From Marsupella aquatica (Eukaryota; Plantae; Marchantiophyta), in NCBI GenBank assembly GCA_973895155.1, contig OZ316895.1:1691094-1755093 (forward strand): DNA of 64,000 nt, given 5' to 3'. The translations under genes were made by a program, and so were the position numbers. Below, one piece after another: positions 49,016 to 62,500 of the stretch. How positions within the stretch are numbered: position 1 is the first letter of the stretch; the number at the start of each line of letters is the position of its first letter. The notes beneath the pieces were generated by a model. It was not told the DNA's origin. It made no database searches and was given only the letters and a program-made list of their open reading frames with translations.

Positions 49016-49152
49016 TTCTTCTCACATGACCCCTAATTTATCTATATGCAACTGCCGTGTTAACAACAACCTGGTTGATAACATCCCTTTTTTTCTCACA
49101 TGACCCCCTAGTTTCTATATCCAACTGCCTCGTTCACAACAACCTGGTTGAT
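49016..49152. repeat. Two-copy ~72-bp tandem duplication
   Basis: TTCTCACATGACCCC..TCTATAT.CAACTGCC..ACAACAACCTGGTTGAT twice. Confidence 0.85.
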
Positions 49153-49410
49153 CGCATCCAGTTTTGGGACTCCTCTGTTTGCTAGCAAACTTGTTAGCCA
49201 TTTGGAGTCATAAAAAAACACAAAAAATATAAAAGGGAGCGTACAAAAAGAAAATGAAATTTAAAATTACAATTTAAAATCACTAGTGTCTCGCTAACAA
49301 GAGTCTCATCGCTAACAAAACCCCTGTTTGCTTGCATTATATAACAACTCTCCTTGCTAACAAAATTCATGTTTGCTTACATTATACAATCTTACTTAAA
49401 AGCAGCAACT

Positions 49411-49622
49411 GAAGTCTACTCTTAAGGGCGGAGATCTAGAGTGAAGTCTCTAGACTGTAGCTCCCACACTAGATAGATAATGAGGTTAAGGTCAAAATTT
49501 TAAATGATCGACAAAAGTGACATTAACTTTAAAAAAGACAAAACTGAAATGAGTATGGACTAAAATAAGGATGGGGCAAAGACTAATCAAAATCATTATA
49601 AATTTTCTTGTGCAATATTTTT
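49411..49622 (+). repeat. Dispersed repeat, copy of 34961-35350 lacking its middle part
   Basis: Same conserved blocks as the 34961 copy. Confidence 0.8.
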
Positions 49623-50765
49623 CTTCATATCTATTTACGTTCAAGGAACGGGTCATCTACAACTATAACAAGGGATCTCACCTTTCTTTGTCCTTCTTCC
49701 CAATACACAAAAGCTCCTGGGCGGGAAAGATTCACAGCCGTTGGATTTGATTAACTATTTTCCCTAGCCATTGATGAAAAAAATACACCCCTAGCACATA
49801 TGTGTTTTCTGCTGCCCCATAAATGCCCCAACCTTCCTTGCACAATGAACATAGGGCTCGTGGGACTGTAGCTCCTCACTATTCGTTCTTCAGTTGTTCC
49901 TCAGGTCAGCCCGTCTGTGCCGGTCATCCGGTCGTCCCTTCGTGCCTTCCAAATTCCTTCGTCAGTAACAAGTTGTCTGTTCCCCATTTCGTCCCGTCTA
50001 TGCCGGTCGTCCCGTCTGTGCCGGTCGTCCTTGCCAGGCATGGGAGTAATCAGTGAACTCTTTCCCTTCCTGTTCCTATTGGTCCTGTTGGAGTCGGCTC
50101 CTTCCTCGACACAGACCCACTTTCCCTCTTGCCCCGGCTACAGTCCTCTACAGTAGGGGGAGTGAATTCCTGTCCAATGCTCCGCCGAGAAGCCTTCCTT
50201 TCTTATTACTGTGGTTCGCTCGAGTATCGATGCACTGTGCCCTCTCCGCCCTCGCCACGCCGAGGTCGAGCAGGATTACAGGCTACAGACTAAAGACTCC
50301 GGAGTCCGGAGTCCAAACTTACTGGAGGATCGAGGTACAGTTTCGAGCTTTTAAGGGAGGTTGGGAGGTGAAGATTATCACACTACACGGTCGTAGCGAG
50401 ACGGCGGTCGGGCGGACGGTCAGGGATTTGTGTCGTTCCTCGAGGGGAACTACAGTAGTAGTAGGGGTCGAGGCGAGATTCAATCTTGGATCGGCAGGCG
50501 GGTAAATTGGAAACGGAGACTGATCTATCGAGCTCGTCTCGTGTTTCATGGACACAGGCACAACGAGTAGGTCGGTTTGCTTAAGTGCTCGTTCGGGAGT
50601 TTGTAGCTCTGCCGGTGGGGAATTATCGTCAGCTGCGAGTAGTTTGTATCGGGAAAGACCTCGAGAGAACGAGGAGGGTGTGTAGGAGCAGGGAAGCTTT
50701 TGGGGTGTAGGAGCAGGGAAGCTTTTGACAGGGATTCGGGGAGGGGCAGGACAGGGAAAGGCAAG

Positions 50766-51893
50766 ATGGATAGCAATAAGGATGAGTCGAAGAAGTGCAT
50801 GGCGATCGGCAAAGCGGCTATGGAAGCCGGAGACCGGGCCCGTGCGGTGAAGTTCCTCACCAAGGCGCAACGCCTCTACCCTAATCCGCAGGTGGATGCG
50901 CTTCTCTCAGCTTTGTATGAAGGGAATGGAAAACAGGCCGCAGATAGTAAATCTACCCGTAACGGTGATTCGGCCGATGGGAAGAGCAGCCGAGACGAAC
51001 ACGGAAAAGAGGGGATTCGACATCGAAATGGCGTCAATCCTTCCGGCCCCACTGCCGCTTCTTCTCCTAGTGCTGGTGGTGGCCCCGCAGGGTCTGATGC
51101 ATCGCCGGAGCAAATCGAAATTGTTGCTCGGATCCGGCGGACTAAGGATTACTACCAAATTCTGTGCGTCGCTAAAGATTGCTCGGACGAAGACGTTCGT
51201 AAGGCTTACCGGAAGATATCCCTGAAGGTCCATCCCGATAAGAATAAGGCCACGGGAGCCGAGGAAGCTTTCAAGGCTGTGTCTAAGGCTTTTATGACCT
51301 TGAGTGATGTGGAACTCAGGGAAAAGTATGACAGGTTTGGGCCGGAGGAGGAGCAGGAGCAGCAGAATCACATCAGAAGACGGAGGCAAAACAGCGGAAA
51401 CCCGAATATGTATTACGAAGATATTTTCGAGGCTAATGACATCTTCAACTCTTTCTTCTTCGGGATGCAGCAACAGCAGGGTGGTGCCTTCCGCAGAGCC
51501 CATTTCACACGTCCGGCGGGAGGAGGAGGTCGACAAGAGAACTCCAACAACTTTCTCGGCTTATTGCAACTGCTTCCCATTCTCGCTTTGTTCCTCTTCA
51601 GTTATTTCCCTTTCTCTCAACCAATTTACCAATTAGATAAGGTTGCTCCGTATCATTACATGCACAAGACGAAGGATAATGCTGTAAATTTCTACGTGAA
51701 AGCGGAAAATTTCAACCAGGAGTATCCTGTGGGAACCCAGTCACGAAGGCAAGTGGAGCTTCAGGTGGAGCGAGATTACAGAGATATTCTCTTACACAAT
51801 TGCCGTATAGAGCAGAGTAATCAAAGGTGGGGGGGCCAAAAGAGGGAAATGCCCCATTGTGATAAACTTCAGCGGTTCGTTCGAGTCTCCTAA
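50766..51893 (+). CDS. ER-membrane J-protein, DNAJB12/14-like (plant DnaJ49-like), single coding exon
   Basis: MDSNKDESKKC N-terminus, J domain DYYQIL...KVHPDKN, G/F-rich region, TM helix, DUF1977-like C-terminus. Confidence 0.95.
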   Translation: MDSNKDESKKCMAIGKAAMEAGDRARAVKFLTKAQRLYPNPQVDALLSALYEGNGKQAADSKSTRNGDSADGKSSRDEHGKEGIRHRNGVNPSGPTAASSPSAGGGPAGSDASPEQIEIVARIRRTKDYYQILCVAKDCSDEDVRKAYRKISLKVHPDKNKATGAEEAFKAVSKAFMTLSDVELREKYDRFGPEEEQEQQNHIRRRRQNSGNPNMYYEDIFEANDIFNSFFFGMQQQQGGAFRRAHFTRPAGGGGRQENSNNFLGLLQLLPILALFLFSYFPFSQPIYQLDKVAPYHYMHKTKDNAVNFYVKAENFNQEYPVGTQSRRQVELQVERDYRDILLHNCRIEQSNQRWGGQKREMPHCDKLQRFVRVS

Positions 51894-54800
51894 TCATTGC
51901 TTGCCGTGAATTATACCGCTGGCAGAGTACTCGGCTCGCCACAAAGAGCCGTCAACTTCACCGCATAAAGCATGAGGAGGCATGTAAAATCTATTCTGAA
52001 TCTGTTGAGGTGTAGTTGCTGGACACTCTGATTTATTGTGATCCTCATTGCCATCTGATGGTTCCCGGGAGTTGTTTTGGATGGAAATCGTGGAAATCTC
52101 CATGACTTAAATCTAGGTATTGTATCCTAGGGTGCATCAGTTAATGGGGATTTGTATTCATGGGAGCTAGAGTGAAGGATCTTTCGACTCTTGGGGAGCT
52201 TATGGTAGTTCTTTTGTCACTTCGTGCGGGGGTATTTTCTCAGATTGCGATTATATGCCCCCTGTCTTTTGCTCCAATTAACTGTCTATAATAGGTTCAT
52301 AAAGCACTGAGTCTGTTTGAATTGGAAAGCTATAAATTTTCATGAATGCTGTCGGCGCCTTCCGCAATTGAGACTTCAATCTGGGAACATTGTTGTTGGG
52401 TTTGGAGAATGTAATAAACTATCTCCTACGATCCTGATTTGGATCTTCTACCACTGGTCTAGTTAAGTTCGTTGATTTCAAAATTTTGCTCCTTGTACAG
52501 ATGTTAAAAGGATGGGTTTTTCTAGTGTGGACTCTCATTTAGCGTACAGCCTCCCTGTATTTCCAGTTAATCAAGTCAGTGGCTGTACTGGGTAATATGT
52601 TCACTCGTCATGATGTTTACAACCGATACAGATCACGGCGTACGAACTGTTGGGAAGGGTTGCCCATGAAGAGATTTGATGTGTTTAGAGGAGTTCCCTA
52701 ATGCTAGAAGTTTTCCTGTCTGACCTTTCTCTCTGCAGACATTCTCTTATTATCACCAACCTCTTTGACGTTCCCGGTGAAGTAAAAATGCTTTAGTGTA
52801 GGTCAATCGACCATAGCCACAAGCGTTTATCTGATGGTCTTGCTTTGATACCGGTCAGAAATAGACATACGCCATTAAGCTTATATCTCTTTACAGACAG
52901 GGTGGGAAGTGCAGGGCTCTGGACAGGCTCTCACGACATGCAATCTGAAATCTAGAATTCTGCAGTTGAGAGGACCTCCTCGTTTTTCCCAGGAATTGAG
53001 GTTATGCCACCGCTGTAACTGTAACATGCACAGCGCGTAATATGTCACTGGTTGCAGACATGGTGAAAGTAGATGCCTTCTCTACTGCCTATTCATTCTG
53101 CTTGATATATCTGTGGACAATATGGTTGCTTCTGGGAACCAGACGTTTTGCCAAGCATTGGGTCACTGTAAAGTTGTATCTAGTCGTTGTCTTTTTCACT
53201 AATAGTGTTACCTTTCCTTCATACCTAGCGTGGTTCTTTTACCTAATTCTGTTTGTTTTTGCCTTATATCTTCTGTCCATTGAATCAAGTTGGGATTTGA
53301 TATTGGGTCATCCCTTTTCTCACATTTTAAAGTGTCTCTGTCATTTGCCAGTCGTTAGACCTTGCTTTCTTTCTCTTACTTAGTCATGGACTTTTGTTCT
53401 TAAACTTCGTAGGGACTTTGTGGGGATATGTGGGCTTTTGTCATCGATGCACTTAAAATTGCACATTTGTTTTTCTCTGTTGGAGTCTCACCTGCCGCTT
53501 TGTTGGGATTGTTTCGTTTTTCTCTTGAATCTTTTTCTTTGTGGTACTCTGGGTACCTTGCACGACGTGGGGATCTGTGGACTTTAGAAATCATTTCACT
53601 TCACTTGTAATTAGACTCAAGAGTTTTTCTTACTTGGGTTTCACTTGTCAGTTTTGTTTTTTTCTACTCCATAGATTGGGAATTTTGGGTTTCTTGCTTC
53701 CCTTGCACCAAGTGCTCGGTCGACTTCGGCATCACTTCACGCATGTTGGACATTGTTCCTGGTCTTTTCGATTGAGAGTTTGATTAGTCATTTTCTCTAG
53801 ATTTTTTTTGTTTGTTTTAGTTTCGTGCCAGTGTTCTTTACTTCCTGTCCCCTACACCAGTCACGCAAATCGCCCCATCTATAATTTGGAACTATCTTTA
53901 GATTGGTTTTTCTGATTTGATAAGTAGATGATCACATAGGTTCAATGAGTGTAAGTGGAGTTAATGTAGATGAAAGCAATTAGAAGCTGGCCACGCACCC
54001 TGTTACTGGATCGAGTACCCCTCGGGCAATTGATCTGCTGGAAAACCTTGACATCGTTTCACGGATTCCATCGAGTACTGCAAAATAATTACAAGCTTGC
54101 GATCAGGTTTTCTATTCTTGCCTCCACTTCGGCACCAATTGTATAGGTATATGTATATCCAATGCCTGCACAGGTAGTAGGGTTTGGTCGTGGTCCTGAG
54201 AGTTCTGTGGCACATGCAGGGCAACTTTGTCTTGGCTTGACTCAGTATTGCTACGAGATTGGTGAAATCCAGCCCATTACTCAATTAGGAGTCTACCTTT
54301 GGTCTGAGTCGGTGTAAATAACGTCGACCTTAAATTTTGTTTCCAAACTGGATTGATCAGACAACCATACTAGAGAACCAGCCTTAGAATCTAACTGCCA
54401 AGGACGCGAATACATACATGGATGCTGTGGTCAGATAATTTAGAGCTAGTCTTGTGTCGAGGTAGTTGTGCTCTCGTATTGCATGCGTTATCTGTGAACC
54501 TCTGCCACTCTTGAGCTGTATATGGTACGTCACAAGGACAAACCTTCAGTCTGACGATCTATTGCTAGTGTTCACGTGTGGACTAATAAGATTTGTTGTT
54601 TCATCAAAAGTATGGTAACCTGAAACCAAGTTGGAATATGAACATGACATTCCTCTCTGATTTCCGCGAGGGATGAGCTGAATATCGAGGTGTTTAGAAA
54701 CAATCGTCGTTGAATGGAGTTGGCTTTCCGGTGAAATTGAGAACCCGGAGAATGTTTCATTGTTGGAGAGAGTTGAAGTTTCAAACAGCACATCGATGGC

Positions 54801-56529
54801 ATTTCTGCTTCGTAAGATATCAGTTATGTGAATTCCCTGGGCGTAGTTCAAAGAGAAATCCTGCACTGGGTAGCAGGTCAATGAAAAATGTTTGTTGCCT
54901 TTTTAAATTCATAGAGAGAAAGATATGAGCACATGAAGATGCGCTCCAGATTGTGATATTCAACGTTACGTAAGATAAACTCTCCCTGGGGATCATTGGG
55001 TATGAAATGAACACATCTGAAAACCCCTTAAATCCCCGAGACAGCACATTCTTGAATCGTTGAGTCGCACGCCACGCAGATCCACCAAAAGTGTCATTGG
55101 AATGTGAAATTGTGAAGTTATTGAGAGACTGCAACGTCTTTGAAAGGCAACATCAACGGAATATGGGAAGTATCATGAACTAGATGTTGTACCAAACATG
55201 GGATCATTGGACTAGGAAAAGAGTGCATGAAGATATTTTCCTTCACCAGTGGTGTGTCCCATCTTCCCCTTAAAAACATCAAAGAATCGACAAAGAGGCT
55301 CACCTGAGGGCCCCAAGGTAGGGTTCCATTGCAAATGCTTTGAATACCGAACTTTTGTGAACATATTGACTAAGTGAAACGCCACTCAAGCCCCTCAGTC
55401 AAGAACTAGAAATTCTTTTCCACGGTTTTGAGGGAAAGCCAAGGAACTGATCAGTATAACGATTCTCTGATCTGATATTCCAAACATGAGAGGAAGTTCG
55501 CTATTGGAATTGACCTATAATTGTGTGAGCCAGAAGGTTTAATATCAAGCGCCAAAACTTCAGCATTTCCTCAAGAACCAGTTTTAACGGAAAAAGTGGC
55601 TGATCGACAGGGGCACCTCAGAATGAACAGTCCACCAGAAACATGTTCTTCGAGAAAAAGAAAACCTTACCAACATATCAAAAACCTTACCAACATATCA
55701 AAAACCTCCAGTAGTTCGTTCCCTGCAGCATGAAAGAAGCGCACTTCGTTCCCACAACTTGAAAGAACGACGATGCATGGTCTGCATGCATTCAGTCGGA
55801 CCGAGTGTACGTCCCTTTCACCTTCCAAAGAAACAGTACCGGTATGGAATAGGCACGCAAGGAGTCAATGTAGGATTCATTAATTAGGGTTCCTCCTCAC
55901 ACGTCGACAAAGAAGACGAGCGGAGGTCATTAGCGGAATCTGAGCCCTTTGAGCTCTCCGACCCTCAACAGGACCGCAAGACAGGATTCTTGTCCAAATG
56001 ATTGCTTTCCCGACGATCGATCGAGAGGCTCAACTTTTCCCTGGAATCCAATTGATATGCGAGCCAGAGGTCCTAGAAGCGGGTAAGTGTAGAGTTCCTT
56101 GATTATTATGCGAATCATAATTGAACTCAAACACAAATTGGACACTACCGGAGTGTCTCAAGATGCTAAGACACAAAATAGAGTGATTCTTTGAACAAGT
56201 GCATCACAAGGTACATATAGAGAGAAATTATACTTAATAAGAGAGTACACGACGAGAGTCACGAGCCAGAGGGAACCTAGGAGGGCACCACAATACAAAG
56301 AGATACTTGCCGAAGCAGTAACAAAGGGGAGGGGCAGGATTACACAAGAGATTCACAAGCGGCAGAGAAACAGCAAAAGAGATTCATAAGCCGGAATCAT
56401 CATAAGAGAATCAGAAGAAACGGCCGGAGGGGGTGGAAGTATGACTGAAACTCTGATCCGGATGAGAGAAACGTAAGACGCGATTGACAGGAGAGTGAGC
56501 TCCTGCAGGCTGCAGTCGGGCCAATCCAG

Positions 56530-59500
56530 ATGGAGGACCTGGCGCATTTCATACAATCGATGAGTGAGAAGTATGGGCTGTTGGATGCATCTAACAAGCT
56601 AGGGGTGAACAACAGCAACAACCAGCAGCAGCAGCAGCACCTCCAAGACCACACAAGCTCAGCAGCCAGCAACACGTTGAATAGCGAAGAGTGCCAAGGA
56701 AGTAGTTGGGAATGTCTCTCCATTTTCATTAGTGGATCACAGTCAATAGATTGCAATACTCTCCAATCTACAGGTCCCCATCATGCTATGCCCACCTTGA
56801 ACAGTCCGAAAAAGCAGGTCCCCCGCCCGCAGCAGCAGGAGGCAGACAACAAAAGTATTGGCTCTCCTCCCCTTCACTCCTTCTCCAAGCTGATCGACAT
56901 CGATGAACTCAAGTGCTCTCCTTACAATGCCAGCACAGGTAACACCAGCCAGCAACAACAACAGCACTCACCAGATAACGACTCATCCCATCTTGGAGCC
57001 TCGTCAACGGTAGTAAGCAAAGACCTAGCTGAGCGAGGCACCATCTTTGATAATTGTGGGGATCTATCCACCGTTGTTACCATGTCAGACTACATTCCAC
57101 AGTGCTACTACCAGAGTGATAATAACAATGACAATAATAATACTATTGACGGAACACAGGTCCAGGACGCAAATTCCTGTCCCGGACAATATTTCTCCAA
57201 GAATTCAGGACAGGCACAACTTCTTCCCCAGCCTACCAAGAATGCTGCTGCTGCTATCAGCACAGGAAATCCTACACATGCGCACAGCCTGCAAGAAATG
57301 CAGATCACCAGAGGAATCGAAGGAGGAGTACCTTACAAAGACTTCAAGGACATGTTATTGCATCCAAGCAGATTATTGGATCAAGAGGCTAAGAACTCGT
57401 TTGAGCAGAAATCGGCTATTGGCGGTGCAGCTATGTCCGCCATTAGACAAGGACAAGTGCAGATGCAGCAGTTGCAACACGGCAGTAACAGAACTCGGCT
57501 GGGGAGATCTTCCACGTTGGCAAGTCTGGATCCTGAGGCGGAGTCGGGAGAATATGTCGACACGGCTTTGCATGGATACGACATCTCGAGTAGCAGGACG
57601 AGCAGAGATACTTATCTATGTACAGACACAGAAGGCTCCCGAGAAGGCTACTCCCATGAAGCATCATATTATACAGATCCAAGGAAGAACTCGAAGGGGA
57701 TGGTGCAAACAAATTTAGAGGGGAGGAGCTCTTCAAGAGGTCAATGTCATGGTGCCGGTCAATCCTGCAATGCATTCCAATCCTTTGATTGCCTACGAGC
57801 GGGCTTACCTAAGACGGGAGTGCTTGAAGAAATGGGCTGCAACTGCTCCTCAACAGAAATGTCTCCGCGGCCTGCTGAGTATAGTCATCATAATCATCAG
57901 CAAGACGAACATGGAGCCACCGCGTCGACGTTGTCTTCGCTGGAGTATTTGCCAATCACCAGCGCAATGCAGTCACGGGTTGCTCAGCTTGACGAGGCAA
58001 GCAAGGAATTGTTTGCATCACGGAACAATACCACGCATAGCTCAAACCAGTTGAATTTGAACATAGGACGTTTTGAGAATGAAGAATTCCGTCAGACCTG
58101 CAGCTCCTCCTCCGATAAACCCCCGGCGATGAAGAAAGCCAGGAGCTTCAAAGACTTTTCGCACAGTACTGCTGCTCCTTGTGCTGGGAAGGAGGAAATA
58201 GATCATATGGTATCGATGCCAAGGGATAACACCGTGCAATCCATGAAGAATTTCGTCAAACTTGAAGCCAGTAATAGTATTAAGCGGCCCGGAGTCTTCT
58301 TGGCAAAGAATCATCCTGACAATCCTCACAGCACTACAGAAGAGGCCAAGATTAGGGAGGCCTGGGAACAAGGCGAAGATCGTCTGAAAGCAGCAGGCAT
58401 GGAAGGAGGAGGAGAAGGAGGAGCAGTTCGTGAGCCCAAGTGGTCGCACATCAACAAATTGCTCTGTGAAAACGGGTTTTCGTCTCTCGACTGGCAGCTT
58501 ATCGCCTCGACAACTGATGTTCCGGACAAGTTCTTCCAAACTCTCCACGATGTGTTGCGGAATTATGGGAGGCGCGAAAAAGTTGTTCAGGTACATAATT
58601 ATGAAAAAAAGCTGAAGTTCTCATCCATTGGTACTATTAATCACAACTATTATGGGAGTACATCACGTGGAGTTTGCGCTTTTAAGTTTTCCCGCAGTTG
58701 ACATAGCCAGTTGTATCGATGAGCTCATCCATGTTCCTCAGCAAGATTCTTTCGACCATCTTCTCAAGCATCTTATCGAATGAGTTCAGATCGAGGTTTT
58801 TCTTCAAATCTTCAAAAGCTGTCTTCAGATCTCCATATTCAAATAAGAAAATCACGACAGGGAAAGAGAAAGCAAAACAAGTGTAATGGCTTTGTTCATT
58901 CTGCTCGAGATTTCACCTTATTTGGTTATAACTCCCTGTGATTTCAGCTCTTCTGCAAATTGGGCCGTTTGTCCTTCGATGCAATTAAGGATTTGCGGCC
59001 CTTACTCAGAAAGCAACCTATATGTTCACTGCTTTGGGCTGTGGTTCTCCTACAGTTATTTAGGTTCACACTCTGTTTGGATCCTGCGTCAATTTTGCTC
59101 CTCGCCTCAATTGGGATCTATGGCCTTACATGTTCATTCATCCATTTCTTCAGCAGAGCTCCGGTCAAGGTGTGGAAAAATCTTAACCGAGTTACGTAGA
59201 GATAATTCAAATGGTGCCACTTTCCGGCTCACTGTTGTTTGATGGATTGGAACAGGAGCTTCTGGCAGAGAGAGACGCGTTGCGTCACGAAGAACAACGC
59301 AGCAATGAGATCATACAAAAAATGGAATATGAAACTGACTTGGTGAAGCGAAAGCTCGCTATGTCTGAGCAACGAGCGGAGCTGGCAAATGCTGCTGCTG
59401 AGAAAACCTACGCTCTTCTTCGTAAGGAAAATCAACGTCTCGAAGCTTCTCATGCTAGTATGCTTCAACGCTGCAGGTTTCGTCTCTCCCTCGCTTCTCT

Positions 59501-62500
59501 TGTCTTTGTCATGGTTTCTCGACAGACGAAATAGCAGAATCAATTGCGCAACAATGCATATGTAAAATAAATTATCAAAGAAACACCAGATGCAAGAAGA
59601 GTCTCTCGGTGGCCCCAAACAACGGCCCAAAGACTCAAGATGGCGAACAAATTGGACCTGGATCCATGTATCTATGATACACTTCGACATTGGCTTAAAC
59701 ATCGGTTAAATGATTAGAAACCGACGAATTACTATAATTCATACAAGCATATATTGGCAATGAGATTGAATTGGTTGGCATCTTGTTCGGGCTTTACTCC
59801 CGAAGTCCACTGACCAGTGGATTTCATTCAACAGCCAGCTAGAGCACGGTTCACGTGCAAAAGAGCGAGGTCTGCGGAAGCTTCAAGAAAAGATACAAGA
59901 AGCGGTGCAAAGGGTACAAACCTTGTCTTGGATCGCCCACCTGACACAAAGTATCTCGTGGAGCAAAGTCTTTATCAAAATTATTCCTCTACATCGCGAT
60001 TCCTCATTATGACGTAGACAGGAAAATGCTTTTTTGTGTGTGCTGCTTAAAAAACTCTCCAGCTTTTCATTAGAACTCAAGGGGGAGCTGTGAGCTTTTT
60101 TATCATTTGCAGGAGGAGCGCCAACGACAGAAGGAAAGGGAACTATATGAAAAACTGAAGCACAAGATTGCCATAGGACAAAAATCACAAGGAGAAGTCA
60201 TCGAATCTAATTTTTTACTGAGAGACCTCAAGCCCGCTACGATTGTGAGTTTCTTTCTTCCTCTGAGCTTTGTCTAATCATCTTCTGGCTGTTCCAATTT
60301 TATCTCCAGCAAATCTGCAAACTCAAGAGGCAGTGAGTGACCTTGTCATAATCTTCGTTTGGTGGTGTTATGGAAGGGCTATAATCTGGCTTTGCAAGCC
60401 TGGTTCTGACTCCTTGTTTAAATGCTTGTTTATGATACAACTGTAAGAAGTTCTGTTCTCTAGTTTGACTATCATTTGTGGAGACGGTTCATTTCGAGTG
60501 ATGCTATTCGTGTCTTTTTTCAGGTCGGAATATATGAGAGGCAGAGAGCCGCAGCTCAGTCTGAAATGAAGTCTCTTCGAGATGAAAACTCGCGCTTGTG
60601 TCAAGAACTTTGTGAAAAGGAAAACTCTCTTCTCAGCAAGGTGCATCTTTTGTCTCTTCGCAGATCTCCAGGTCATGGACCAGACCCTCACATGTCTATG
60701 CTAATGCCTTACTCCGTGGACTATTTCTTCAACATATAAACTACTTACTCAACAAGTAATATGTAGAGAGTTCTGTTTGCCAGGTTAGTATCTCTGTAAC
60801 TAGACTATATAGCGTGAATAAGGAGAAAAACCCTAGTGACCTACGAATGTTTAGTTTGAGCTTTCAACTCTCCTCACTCAGATTTCTCGCTTCTATGCAT
60901 GACGCCTTAACTCGGACTAGGACCTCTTCTTCATTCAGAAGTAACTGTGATACTAAACTGATCCAGTATCTTACAGTGCTTGCGCAATAGTGGTTATCCA
61001 GATTCCATAAATACTACAATGCAATGTAATTTATCTTAATCGGAAAGACATTCAGATGCAGGCCATGTCAACAGCTGATGAGCGTGAGCGGGTACTCTCT
61101 CAACAGCTCACTGAGGTTTGCATCCTATCAGTGTTGCTGGAAAAACTAAATCACATCTAGATACCATCCGGGATCATCCCAAATTCTTTGCTGTAGTAAC
61201 TGAATTCTGAGGAGGTGGCTCAAAATCCAGAGTGAACATCCTCTCTTTCAGCATGCTCGTTCATTTGCTGGTATTGGTGACAGTCTATGGGCAATTGTTG
61301 TCCTGCTATTCTGCTACAATCTCTTAGTACGCTAGAAGAGGAGAACAGCAGTAAAGATTGGACAGAAAAGAAACAATTTCTTATTTAGTTGGGAACCGCG
61401 ACCACGCTCGTTGAGTTTGGCGTAACAAGAAAATGTTTTACAGCGTCACCTTGGATGAGGCTTACTTTCTGGAATTCTGTACATCCTATACTTTGACAGC
61501 GGATCTCATCGGGTCAATTCTTTCTCCGATTTCTCAGTCATTACCTTTTCAGTTTTTTTCTGCAAAAGGAGCGTAGTGAGTAGTCCTGGTCACCAATCAT
61601 TTCGTTTTGTTTGGGCTTCATCCTATGCGCTCGATTTCTGGATGCTAAACTCCTGGATCCATTCCAATTTTATTTTTAGAATTGCAAGGCCTTCTTGCAG
61701 GAACATCTATGTATAAAATTATTAAGTACAGGAGTATTTTTCGTGATGAGTTAATAAATACTAAAGAATGCCTTTGTAGCTGTTCTACGTTCTTCGTACG
61801 TTGGCTTCAAGTTTGCAAAGCCAACGTATGAAGTACTCTAGAAAATCTACACTGAATAACTTTATTTACAAATACTCCAGGATAGTGAAGAGCCTCAATT
61901 ACGTTCTTATCGTGAACTCAGATTGACGACATTCTGAAAACGAAGACCTCCCGCTGTCAAAAACTGGTTCCTAGAGGAGACACAGCACTCCTGCCCTTGG
62001 TAGGCAATCCCTCATCTGTAACTTCACAAATCTATGATGAGTGCTTCGCATCAGAAATGCAGCTTAAATTTGAGCTAGCTAGGGTACTGCGCCAGACAAT
62101 CTGCATAATTGCAAAGTCTGGAAAAATCTGCATGAGGCGGAAAGAACTCCTTGTCCAAGGTGTTACACTAGGGGTTACACTGCTATATCTAAAGGGCATC
62201 GTAATTTTTCGATTGCCATGAAAGGGTGTCTCACACTTTCAAATCATTGGCTAGTAATGAAGTGGCATCTCTGCCTTTGAGCAGGCAGTCAATCAAACAG
62301 AAGACCTGACAAAGGAAATTACCAACCTTCAAGTACAGCTTGAGTCATGTGCTGCTGAAGAGCAGAGTCCGTCGATGTCTTTGGTACAAAGGCTGCAGGT
62401 TCGATGATGTTCTGTCATTTGAGCGAGTGGGTTACTCGTTTTCTTCGGTTCATGCTGGTACTAACGACAATCATGCTGGAAGCCCTTCTCAAGAATGTTC

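Noticed and set aside
49160-49390. CACTA element (CACTAGTG plus GCTAACAA subrepeats)
   Set aside because: No matching second terminus or 3-bp TSD found; at most a remnant
50907-51536. 209-aa antisense ORF over the DnaJ gene, and similar shadow ORFs over copia, Harbinger and CEP70-like exons
   Set aside because: Antisense or alternate-frame shadows of real CDS with no recognisable motifs
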